The translations under genes were made by a program, and so were the position numbers. A stretch of 64,000 bases of DNA from Gammaproteobacteria bacterium (GTDB lineage: Bacteria; Pseudomonadota; Gammaproteobacteria; JACKNK01). Every line of letters begins with the position of its first letter. The stretch's first letter is position 1. The DNA lies in contig JBMYTL010000002.1 of NCBI GenBank assembly GCA_049604295.1, positions 4,659 through 68,658 on the forward strand, read 5' to 3'. Positions 32,646 to 40,657 of the stretch are shown here, one piece after another. The notes beneath the pieces were generated by a model, which saw nothing but the letters and a program-made list of their open reading frames with translations, was not told the origin of the DNA and ran no database searches.

Positions 32646-33368
32646 ATGTTTCTTGACGATTACCACCAGTACGACCAGGGCCGTGTGCTGATCAGCGCCG
32701 ACCAGGCAAGCGCTTTCGCCAAGCTCGTGGCGGGCGACTTCAATCCGATTCACGATGCCGATTCAAAGCGGTTTTGCGTGCCCGGAGACCTTTTGTTCTC
32801 GTTGGTCCTTGCGCACCACGGGGTCAGCCCGCGCATGTGTTTCGTCTTTGCCGGCATGGTGGGGCGGGATGTGCCGCTGGGCTTCGCGCCGACGGATGCT
32901 CAGGCCTTTGACGTTCAGGATGACAAAGGTCGGACTTACCTCAAGGTGGAGCGGGAAGGTGCAGCGGATCAGGACGCCGATCGAGTTGCCGCCCTGGCGC
33001 GCGCCTATGTGCAGTTCTCCGGCAAGACCTTTCCGCACCTTCTGGTGCCGCTCATGGCGGATGCGGGGGTGATGATCAATCCCGAGCGTCCGTTGGTGAT
33101 CTATGAACGGATGGCAGTGGAGCTGGACAGAACGGTCTTCGGTGAGCCGGAGTTGAAGTACGCGGGCGGCGAGCTGAAGGCATCGGGCAAGCGCGGGGAG
33201 GTCAGCCTCGAGTTCGAACTGACCGACGCCGACGGGGTCTTCGGCACGGGCGTGAAACGCATGCTGCTCAGCGGACTACGCCCCTACGAGCAAGCGGCCA
33301 TGGACGGTGTCGTCGAGGCCTATGAGGGCTGGCGTAGCCACTATCTATCGGCGCAGGCCGCCGACTGA
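32646..33368 (+). CDS. DUF3581-like protein with MaoC/hot-dog-type GDxNPIH motif
   Basis: ORF 32259..33368. Its 5' part is antisense to the M20 gene, so the start was moved to the ATG at 32646 (MFLDDYHQYD...). It contains VAGDFNPIHDAD. Confidence 0.6.
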   Translation: MFLDDYHQYDQGRVLISADQASAFAKLVAGDFNPIHDADSKRFCVPGDLLFSLVLAHHGVSPRMCFVFAGMVGRDVPLGFAPTDAQAFDVQDDKGRTYLKVEREGAADQDADRVAALARAYVQFSGKTFPHLLVPLMADAGVMINPERPLVIYERMAVELDRTVFGEPELKYAGGELKASGKRGEVSLEFELTDADGVFGTGVKRMLLSGLRPYEQAAMDGVVEAYEGWRSHYLSAQAAD

Positions 33369-33387
33369 ACCCGCCAACGACGCCGGA

Positions 33388-33447
33388 GTTCAGACCGCGG
33401 TTCAGACCGCAGTTCTGGCTGCGGTTCTGGCTGCGGTTCAGGCCGCC
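33388..33447. repeat. 12-bp tandem repeat x5 with dyad symmetry
   Basis: The units read GTTCAGACCGCG, GTTCAGACCGCA, GTTCTGGCTGCG, GTTCTGGCTGCG, GTTCAGGCCGCC. Units 1-2 are near reverse complements of units 3-4. The array fills the convergent gap and overlaps the alpha-E stop codon. Confidence 0.85.
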
Positions 33448-34394
33448 TGGCTTTGCTCCTGTTCGGCTGTCTTGAGGAAGTACGCTTCCACCACGCTCTG
33501 GTGAATCCTGATGAGGCCCAACTGCAGCTCGTCGATAGCGTCGTGCAGTGAGGGGTCGTCGTGTTTGTCCGCGGTGATGCCGTCCAGTGTGTGCACGAAC
33601 TCGTCCAGGGCGGCCTTGACGATGTCATGGTGCGGCAGTTTCTTCAGTTCCCCGACCATCTGGCCGTGGCAGTAACGTACGGCGCGCGGAAAGTCCTCGT
33701 GATGGAAGAGGAAATCCAGCACGGCCCCGCGCTGAATGCGGACCTGCATGGCCCGGCGATACATCTGGTAGCCGGTCAGAGACTTGAGCACGGCCATCCA
33801 TCGCAGGCCCTCGATGGCGCGGGACTCTTCGTCGGTGCCATGCATGATCGTGGCGGCCTGAACGTCGATCATGCGTGTGGTCATGTCCGCCCGCTCAAGC
33901 TTGCGGCCGATGTTGAAGAAGCTGTAGGCCGCATCGTGGTTCATGCTGCCGGCCAGGATGCCGGTGAGCGTCTGGATGCCCTCGATCAGGCTGGAGAGGA
34001 ATTCAAACCGGCCGTGTTTGGTCAGGCCTTTCTGCAAGCCGTCGCTGACCTGGTGGTAGAGCTCGTTGAGTTTCTCCCAGGCTTCGCGCGGGATGATGTC
34101 GCGGATGGTGCGGGCGTTCTCACGGGCGAAGGCGAGGCTGGAAAGTGTCGAGCCGTGGTTTTCCAGATCGCCAACGATGAAGTGAACGACCCTGCGTTCG
34201 GTGTACTCGTCCCAGCGTGCTTCGAAGGCCTGTTCGCCGCCGAGAATGACGACAAGGGGGCGCCAACCGGGTGTGATGCCCCGGGGCAGGTCCATGAGCA
34301 GGTTCGTGGAGACCTGCGTCAGACGTGCGGTGTTCTCAGCGCGCTCGATATAGCGCCCCATCCAGTAAATCGTTTCGGCGACTCGCGACAACAT
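33438..34394 (-). CDS. alpha-E domain protein (DUF403 family)
   Basis: The N-terminus MLSRVAETIYWMGRYIERAENTARL is the hallmark of alpha-E proteins; 318 aa. Confidence 0.9.
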   Translation of the reverse strand: MLSRVAETIYWMGRYIERAENTARLTQVSTNLLMDLPRGITPGWRPLVVILGGEQAFEARWDEYTERRVVHFIVGDLENHGSTLSSLAFARENARTIRDIIPREAWEKLNELYHQVSDGLQKGLTKHGRFEFLSSLIEGIQTLTGILAGSMNHDAAYSFFNIGRKLERADMTTRMIDVQAATIMHGTDEESRAIEGLRWMAVLKSLTGYQMYRRAMQVRIQRGAVLDFLFHHEDFPRAVRYCHGQMVGELKKLPHHDIVKAALDEFVHTLDGITADKHDDPSLHDAIDELQLGLIRIHQSVVEAYFLKTAEQEQSQAA

Positions 34395-34537
34395 GGCTCT
34401 CTACCTTATCTCTAGCTCCAAGGGTGTCGATCCGCGACGACGGTTCGGATGGACTCCATCAACACACCGTCCGCGAGGCGGACACCCCCGGAATTCAAAA
34501 CCCAAAACTCATAATTCAAAGTTCGCGCGCCAGCGCG

Positions 34538-35983
34538 CTAGACGTCTACGATCCAGGTGTCCTTGGACCCGCCCCCCTGGGAGCTGTTGACCACGAGTGA
34601 GCCCTTGCGCAGGGCGACGCGGGTCAGCCCGCCCATGGTCACCTCCTGGGTTTTGCCCGTGAGGATGAACGGCCGCAAGTCCAGGTGACGCGGCTCCAGG
34701 GTTTTGCCGATCACGGTCGGCGTGGTGGACAGCGACAGCGTGGGTTGGGCGATGTAGTTGCGCGGGTCGGCCTTGATCAGTTCCTTGAACTTGGCGCGCT
34801 CGGCCTTGGTGGACGCCGGCCCCACGAGCATGCCGTAGCCACCGGACTCGTTGGCGGGTTTAACCACCAGATCCTTGATGTTGGCGAGTACGTACTCCAG
34901 GGAGTCCTCGTCCATGCAGCGGTAGGTGGGGACGTTGGGAACGATGGGGTCCTCGCCCAGGTAGTACTTGATGATGTCCGGTACGTAGGAATAGACCACC
35001 TTGTCGTCAGCGACGCCGGCTCCGGGGGCATTGGCCAGGGCGACGTTACCGGCCTTCCAGGCGCGCATGAGCCCGGGTACGCCCAGCAGCGATTCCTTGT
35101 CGAAGACCTCCGGATCCATGAACAGGTCATCAATGCGGCGGTAAATCACATCGACGCGCTCGGGGCCCTCAATGGTGCGCATATAGACGCAATCGTCATC
35201 GTCAACGTACAGATCACGACCCTCGACCAGTTCACAGCCCATCTGCTGCGCGAGATAGGAGTGCTCGAAGTAGGCTGAATTGAAGATGCCGGGGGTCAGC
35301 ACCACGATCTCCGGGGTGTCCCCGGGGCGGGGGCTCAGGGAGGCAAGGGTGTCGAACAGGTCCGAGGGGTATTCGTCCACCGGCAGGGGGGCGTACTCGC
35401 GAAACAGTTCGGGGAAGACGCGCTTGGTGACCAGGCGGTTTTCCAGCATGTACGACACGCCGGACGGCACACGCAGGTTGTCCTCCAGAACGTACAGGGT
35501 GCCGTCGCCATCGCGCACCAGGTCCGATCCGCAGATATGGGCCCATATTCCCAACGGCGGGCTGACCCCGATGCATTGCTTGCGGAAGTTGACGGAGTTC
35601 TTCAGCAGGTCACCAGGGAAGACTTTGTCCTTGACGATCTTCTGGTCGTGATAGAGGTCGTCGATGAACAGGTTGAGGGCGTGAACGCGCTGTTTCAGGC
35701 CCTTGGCCGTTTGGTCCCATTCCTTCTTTGCGATGATCCTGGGAATGATGTCGAAGGGCCATGCCCGGTCGATGGAACCTTCCTCCTGGGTGTACACCCG
35801 GAAGGTCACGCCCATCTGTTTCATGGACAGGTCGGCTTCAGCCTGTCGTTGCTGGAGGTCTTCGGTGTCCAGTTCGTCCAGGAAGGAAACCAGCTCCTTC
35901 GCGGCTGCGCGGGGTTTGCTTTCTTCATCTATGAGTTCGTCGAAAAAATCCGATTTCTCATAGGCTTGCCAGTTTATTGTCAT
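34538..35983 (-). CDS. circularly permuted type-2 ATP-grasp protein
   Basis: 481 aa with a typical sequence for this family (WPFDIIPRII, YVLEDNLRVPSGVSYMLENR, VVKPANESGGYGM). It sits in the canonical position upstream of alpha-E. Confidence 0.9.
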   Translation of the reverse strand: MTINWQAYEKSDFFDELIDEESKPRAAAKELVSFLDELDTEDLQQRQAEADLSMKQMGVTFRVYTQEEGSIDRAWPFDIIPRIIAKKEWDQTAKGLKQRVHALNLFIDDLYHDQKIVKDKVFPGDLLKNSVNFRKQCIGVSPPLGIWAHICGSDLVRDGDGTLYVLEDNLRVPSGVSYMLENRLVTKRVFPELFREYAPLPVDEYPSDLFDTLASLSPRPGDTPEIVVLTPGIFNSAYFEHSYLAQQMGCELVEGRDLYVDDDDCVYMRTIEGPERVDVIYRRIDDLFMDPEVFDKESLLGVPGLMRAWKAGNVALANAPGAGVADDKVVYSYVPDIIKYYLGEDPIVPNVPTYRCMDEDSLEYVLANIKDLVVKPANESGGYGMLVGPASTKAERAKFKELIKADPRNYIAQPTLSLSTTPTVIGKTLEPRHLDLRPFILTGKTQEVTMGGLTRVALRKGSLVVNSSQGGGSKDTWIVDV

Positions 35984-36070
35984 GTCATTTCTAGCTCTTT
36001 GGTGCCGCCCCTTGCGTGTTTCGGGGCTCCTCTTGATGCGTTTCGGTATGGCCCTCCCTGGCCTGTCGGG

Positions 36071-39000
36071 TCAGCGCCTGGGTGGATGGCGCAGGTCGAG
36101 GGTCCAGGGGAAGTCGGGGTTGGGGTTCTCGTCGGGCGGCGTGATGGCCGAGCTTGTATGGCCGGTCTTGGAGAAGCGGGCCAGGCGTCGGGACTCGGCT
36201 TCGTTGGCATTCACCGGGAAGGTCTCATAGCTGCGCCCGCCCGGGTGAGCCACGTGGTAACTGCATCCGCCCAGGGAGCGGTCATTCCAGGTGTCGACGA
36301 TGTCGAAGGTGAGCGGGGCCTGCACGCCGATGGTGGGGTGCATGCCCGAGGGCGGTGCCCAGGCCTTGAAGCGGACGCCGGAAACGAACTCACCCCGGGT
36401 ACCGGTGGAGCGCAGGGGCAGGCGGCGACCGTTGCAGGCGATGACGTGGCGGCCTTCCACCAGGCCCTGGGCCTTGACCTGGAGCCGTTCCACGGAGGAA
36501 TCCACGAAGCGGGCGGTGCCCAGGGCGGTGATCTCCTCGCCGAGCACGTTCCAGGGCTCGATGGCGAAGCGCAGTTCCATTTCCACGTCGTCCACGTTGA
36601 TGGTGCCGTAGCGGGGGAAGCGGAACTCCACGAAGGGGTCGAACCAAGCCGGGTCGAAGTCGTAGCCGGCACGATTGATGTCATGCACGACGTCGTGAAT
36701 GTCGCGCTCCACGTAGTGGGGCAGCATAAAGCGGTCGTGCAGTTCCGTGCCCCAACGCACGGGGTCGTGGTCGTAGGGTTTGTCCCAGAAGCGCGCGATC
36801 AGGGTGCGCAGCAGCAACTGCTGTACTGAGGACATGCGCGAGTGCGGCGGCATTTCGAAGCCGCGGAATTCCACCAGGCCCAGGCGGCCGGTGGGGCCGT
36901 CGGGGGAGTAGAGCTTGTCGATGCAGAACTCGGCGCGGTGGGTGTTGCCGGTCAGGTCCACCAGCAGATGGCGGAGGATGCGGTCCACCAACCAGGGGGC
37001 GGGGGTCTCGCCGGGTGGCACCTCGCTGAAGGCGATGCCCAATTCATAGAGGCTGTCGTCGCGGGCCTCGTCCACGCGTGGGGCCTGGGAGGTTGGGCCG
37101 ATGAACAGGCCGGAGAACAGGTAGGAGAGCGAGGGGTGGTGCTGCCAATAGGTGATCAGCGAGCGCAGCAGATCGGGCCGACGCAGGATGGGGCTGTCAG
37201 CGGGTTTGGCCGCGCCAATGGTGACGTGGTTGCCGCCGCCGGTGCCGCTGTGTCGCCCGTCGAGCATGAATTTCTCGGTGCCCAGGCGCGACTGGCGTGC
37301 CTCCTCGTAGAGGACTTCGGTGTTGCTCACCAGTTCGCGCCAGTCGTTGGCGGGATGCACGTTGACCTCGATGACGCCCGGGTCGGGGGTGACGTTGAGG
37401 CGCATGAGGCGCGGATCGTGGGGCGGCTCGTAACCCTCCATGATCAGGGGTACGCCGGTCTCCGTGGCGGCGGCCTCCAGGGCGTTGAGCAGGTCCAGGT
37501 AGTGTTCAAGTTCCTCGAGCGGGGGCAGGAACACATGCACGTGACCGTCGCGGGGCTCCACGCAGAGGGCGGTGCGCACCACGTTGCCTTCCGCTTCCTC
37601 TTCCTTGCTCGGTCGGGCATCGGCGGCACGAGGCTCGGGCGGGCGGGCGATGACCTCGCCAGACTGCACCATGCGCAGGCGGTCGCGGATCTCCGGCAAC
37701 TCGTCGCGCTCATCGAACGGGTCCTTGGGGATGACCTGTTGGCGGTTCTTCTTCGGCTCCCAGATCAGGGAATCGAGGGGTAGGCGGTAGCCCATGGCCG
37801 AGTCACCGGGGATCAGGAACATATTGCCGCGCCGGAAGGCCCAGGGACCGGAGATCCAGCTGTCCTTACGGTAGTCCCAGGCCACGGGAAGGGCGAAGCC
37901 CACCTTGTGGTTGAGGCCCTGGTCGAAGACTTTACGCAGACGCGCGCGCTCCATGGGGTCGGCCATCTTGTTGTCGAGTACGTCCACGTTGGAGGGCAGG
38001 GTGCCTTCCTTCCACAGGTAGTAGATCGCGTCCTCGTAGCCGGGTACCACGTTCGAAGTCGGCACCCCGAGGTGCTTGGCGATGGCCTGGGCCATACGCA
38101 GGGCATCGGTGGTACCGCTGTCACCATCGGTGGCCGGGTCGGCCAGCAAATCGGGTTCGTTCCAGACGGACTGGCCGTCGCGGCGCCAGTAACAGCCCAG
38201 CGCCCAGCGTGGCAGTTGTTCGCCGGGGTACCATTTTCCCTGGCCGTAGTGCAGCACGCCGTTGGCGCCGAAAGCCTTCTTCAGCTTGCGCACCAGAACG
38301 CCGGCGCGCTCCAGTTTGTGCTTGCCCAGGGCGGCGGTGTTCCACTGCGGGCTGTCCATGTCGTCGATGGATACGAAGGTGGGTTCGCCGCCCATGGTCA
38401 GGCGCACGTCGTTCTTGTCGAGCATCCGGTCCACGTGGTCGCCCAGGGCGAGGATGGCCTGCCACTGCTCATCGGTGTACGGCTTGGTGACGCGGGGATC
38501 TTCGCGGATGCGGGTGACGGAGTTTTCGAACTCGAAGGTGACTTCGCATTTGTCGCTGGCGCCGACAATCGGCGCGGCGCTTACCGGGTCAGGGGTGCAG
38601 GCCAGGGGGATGTGGCCTTCACCGGCAAACAGGCCCGAGGTGGGGTCCAGACCCACCCAACCGGCGCCCGGGATGTAGACCTCGGCCCAGGCATGCAGAT
38701 CAGTGAAGTCCTCCTCGGGGCCTGACGGACCATCCAGGGCTTTCTGGTCGGCGGTGAGCTGCACGAGGTAGCCGGAGACGAAACGGGCGGCGAGGCCCAT
38801 ATGCCGCAGAATCTGCACCAGCAGCCAGGCGGAGTCGCGGCAGGAACCGGTCTTGCACTGCAAGGTCTCCTCGCAGGTCTGGATCCCCACCTCCATGCGA
38901 ATGTTGTAGCCGATGGCTTGCTCGAGACGCTGGTTCAGCTCGACCAGGAAATGAACGATATGCGGCCCGTTCGGCAGGTCGTCGTCTTCCTCCGCCATGG

Positions 39001-39436
39001 CGCGGGTCGCTGCGCGGCCGGGCATGTCGGCGCGCAGATCTTCCAAGAGCTTGGTGAGAAGAGGGCCGCGTTCCTTGATCTCCAGGTAGGGGGCCAGTTC
39101 CTTGCGTTCCTGGTCGGCGTACTTGAATGGGTAGTGGCTCGAGTAATCCTCGACGAAGAAATCGAACGGGTTGATGGTCACCAGGTCGGCGACAACCGAT
39201 ACGTCCACCACCAGCTTGGTGGCCTTCTCCGGAAACACGAGGCGCGCGATGTAGTTGCCGAAGGGATCCTGCTGCCAGTTGAGGAACTGTTCCTCGGGCT
39301 CGACCTTGAGGGAGTAATGGTGAATCGGCGTGCGGCTGTGCGGCGCAGGGCGCAGTCGAACCAGGTGGGGTGACAGGGCGACGGGCCGATCGTAGTGGTA
39401 TTCCGTACGGTGCCGGATGGCGACGCGTATCGACAT
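36071..39436 (-). CDS. transglutaminase-like / DUF2126 fusion protein
   Basis: Bact_transglu_N-like start (MSIRVAIRHRTEYHYDRPV), a transglutaminase core with Cys (GSCRDSAWLL) and His/Asp (DLHAWAEVY...GLDPTSG), then a DUF2126-like region of about 800 aa. ORF trimmed to the ATG at 39436. Confidence 0.9.
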   Translation of the reverse strand: MSIRVAIRHRTEYHYDRPVALSPHLVRLRPAPHSRTPIHHYSLKVEPEEQFLNWQQDPFGNYIARLVFPEKATKLVVDVSVVADLVTINPFDFFVEDYSSHYPFKYADQERKELAPYLEIKERGPLLTKLLEDLRADMPGRAATRAMAEEDDDLPNGPHIVHFLVELNQRLEQAIGYNIRMEVGIQTCEETLQCKTGSCRDSAWLLVQILRHMGLAARFVSGYLVQLTADQKALDGPSGPEEDFTDLHAWAEVYIPGAGWVGLDPTSGLFAGEGHIPLACTPDPVSAAPIVGASDKCEVTFEFENSVTRIREDPRVTKPYTDEQWQAILALGDHVDRMLDKNDVRLTMGGEPTFVSIDDMDSPQWNTAALGKHKLERAGVLVRKLKKAFGANGVLHYGQGKWYPGEQLPRWALGCYWRRDGQSVWNEPDLLADPATDGDSGTTDALRMAQAIAKHLGVPTSNVVPGYEDAIYYLWKEGTLPSNVDVLDNKMADPMERARLRKVFDQGLNHKVGFALPVAWDYRKDSWISGPWAFRRGNMFLIPGDSAMGYRLPLDSLIWEPKKNRQQVIPKDPFDERDELPEIRDRLRMVQSGEVIARPPEPRAADARPSKEEEAEGNVVRTALCVEPRDGHVHVFLPPLEELEHYLDLLNALEAAATETGVPLIMEGYEPPHDPRLMRLNVTPDPGVIEVNVHPANDWRELVSNTEVLYEEARQSRLGTEKFMLDGRHSGTGGGNHVTIGAAKPADSPILRRPDLLRSLITYWQHHPSLSYLFSGLFIGPTSQAPRVDEARDDSLYELGIAFSEVPPGETPAPWLVDRILRHLLVDLTGNTHRAEFCIDKLYSPDGPTGRLGLVEFRGFEMPPHSRMSSVQQLLLRTLIARFWDKPYDHDPVRWGTELHDRFMLPHYVERDIHDVVHDINRAGYDFDPAWFDPFVEFRFPRYGTINVDDVEMELRFAIEPWNVLGEEITALGTARFVDSSVERLQVKAQGLVEGRHVIACNGRRLPLRSTGTRGEFVSGVRFKAWAPPSGMHPTIGVQAPLTFDIVDTWNDRSLGGCSYHVAHPGGRSYETFPVNANEAESRRLARFSKTGHTSSAITPPDENPNPDFPWTLDLRHPPRR

Positions 39437-39465
39437 GGTGCAGGTGTCTCTTGGATGTGCTCTAA

Positions 39466-39484
39466 AATGGTGCGTCGCACCATT
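39466..39484. promoter_or_regulatory. perfect 19-bp palindrome AATGGTGCG-T-CGCACCATT (candidate operator or 5' UTR hairpin)
   Basis: 9-bp arms are exact reverse complements. It lies 30 nt upstream of the transglutaminase/DUF2126 ATG, inside the 237-bp divergent region shared with the Anbu gene. Confidence 0.4.
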
Positions 39485-39673
39485 GGGTGGAGGCGCGATA
39501 CTCCCCCATTTCACCCCATCTGAACAGCGTTGCATCAACCATGCCATGGGCATCGGATGATGGGGCTCTCATTGGCCTGATTGCGGGATTGAAGTCGTGG
39601 CCAAGGTGAAGGTGGCCAATGGGGCGTGGGGAATGCATAAAATCATGGGCCCGCAATTTGCTAAGTCCTGACC

Positions 39674-40510
39674 ATGACCTACTGCGTTGGCTTGAGACTC
39701 AACGATGGCCTGGTGTTCGCTTCGGACTCCCGAACGAACGCCGGCGTCGATTACGTCACCACGTACTCGAAGATGCACGTGCTGACCCCGGCACCGGATC
39801 GCACCTTCGTGATTCTTTCCGCGGGTAACCTCGCTACCACGCAGGCGGTGGTGAACCGCGTGCGCCGGGATCTGGATTTCCCGGACGGTGGCGAAAACCT
39901 CCTCAGCGCACGCTACTTGTTCGAAGCCGCGGAATACCTCGGAAGGGTGAGTGTCGGGACCCAGATGCAGCATTCGGACGCACTGGCCGCGTGCAATGTG
40001 AGTGGCGAGACGACGCTTATCCTGGGCGGACAGATCGGCAATCAGCCCCATGGGCTTTTCCTGATCTACCCTCAGGGCAACTACATCGAAGCCTCCACCT
40101 CCACCCCGTACCTGCAGATCGGCGAGACCAAATACGGGAAGCCGGTGCTCGACCGTGTGATCCGCTCCGACCTGAGTCTGGAGGATGCCGCCCGCCTGGC
40201 CCTGGTTTCGTTGAACTCCACGGCCCATTCCAATACCACCGTGGGTCCGCCGTTCGAGCTGTCCATTCTGCGTGCCGGGTGCCAGGGCCTGTCCGCCCAT
40301 TGTGTTCTGGGCGATCACGGCGATTTTCTGTCGACCCTGGAGCAGGCATGGCGGGACGGTCTCAATGCCGTGTTCGCGAATCTGCCCCGCTTCGATTGGG
40401 AGGACCGCATGAGCCAGGACAGCATCGCCTTCGATGAACCGGGGGAGGCGCCGTCTCAGCAGCAGGCCCAGGTGATTCCCGTGCGACCGGGCGATATCCG
40501 CGGCGGGTGA
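39674..40510 (+). CDS. Anbu (ancestral beta-subunit) proteasome-like Ntn-hydrolase
   Basis: MTYCVGLRLNDGLVFASDSRTNAG places Thr directly after the initiator Met (nucleophile without a propeptide), with Asp and Lys at about the spacing seen in proteasome beta subunits; 278 aa. Confidence 0.85.
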   Translation: MTYCVGLRLNDGLVFASDSRTNAGVDYVTTYSKMHVLTPAPDRTFVILSAGNLATTQAVVNRVRRDLDFPDGGENLLSARYLFEAAEYLGRVSVGTQMQHSDALAACNVSGETTLILGGQIGNQPHGLFLIYPQGNYIEASTSTPYLQIGETKYGKPVLDRVIRSDLSLEDAARLALVSLNSTAHSNTTVGPPFELSILRAGCQGLSAHCVLGDHGDFLSTLEQAWRDGLNAVFANLPRFDWEDRMSQDSIAFDEPGEAPSQQQAQVIPVRPGDIRGG

Positions 40511-40657
40511 TCCGCGGGCTTCGGTCCTGGCGCGTCCGGTTTGCCGTCCAGCCTCGTGCCCGGGGCGCTCCATGTATCCGGTAATTGCCACTGAATCAGT
40601 GTTTGTATGGCGCGTGGGCCTTAGTGTCGCAGGCGTTTTGCGTTCACAATCCACGGG

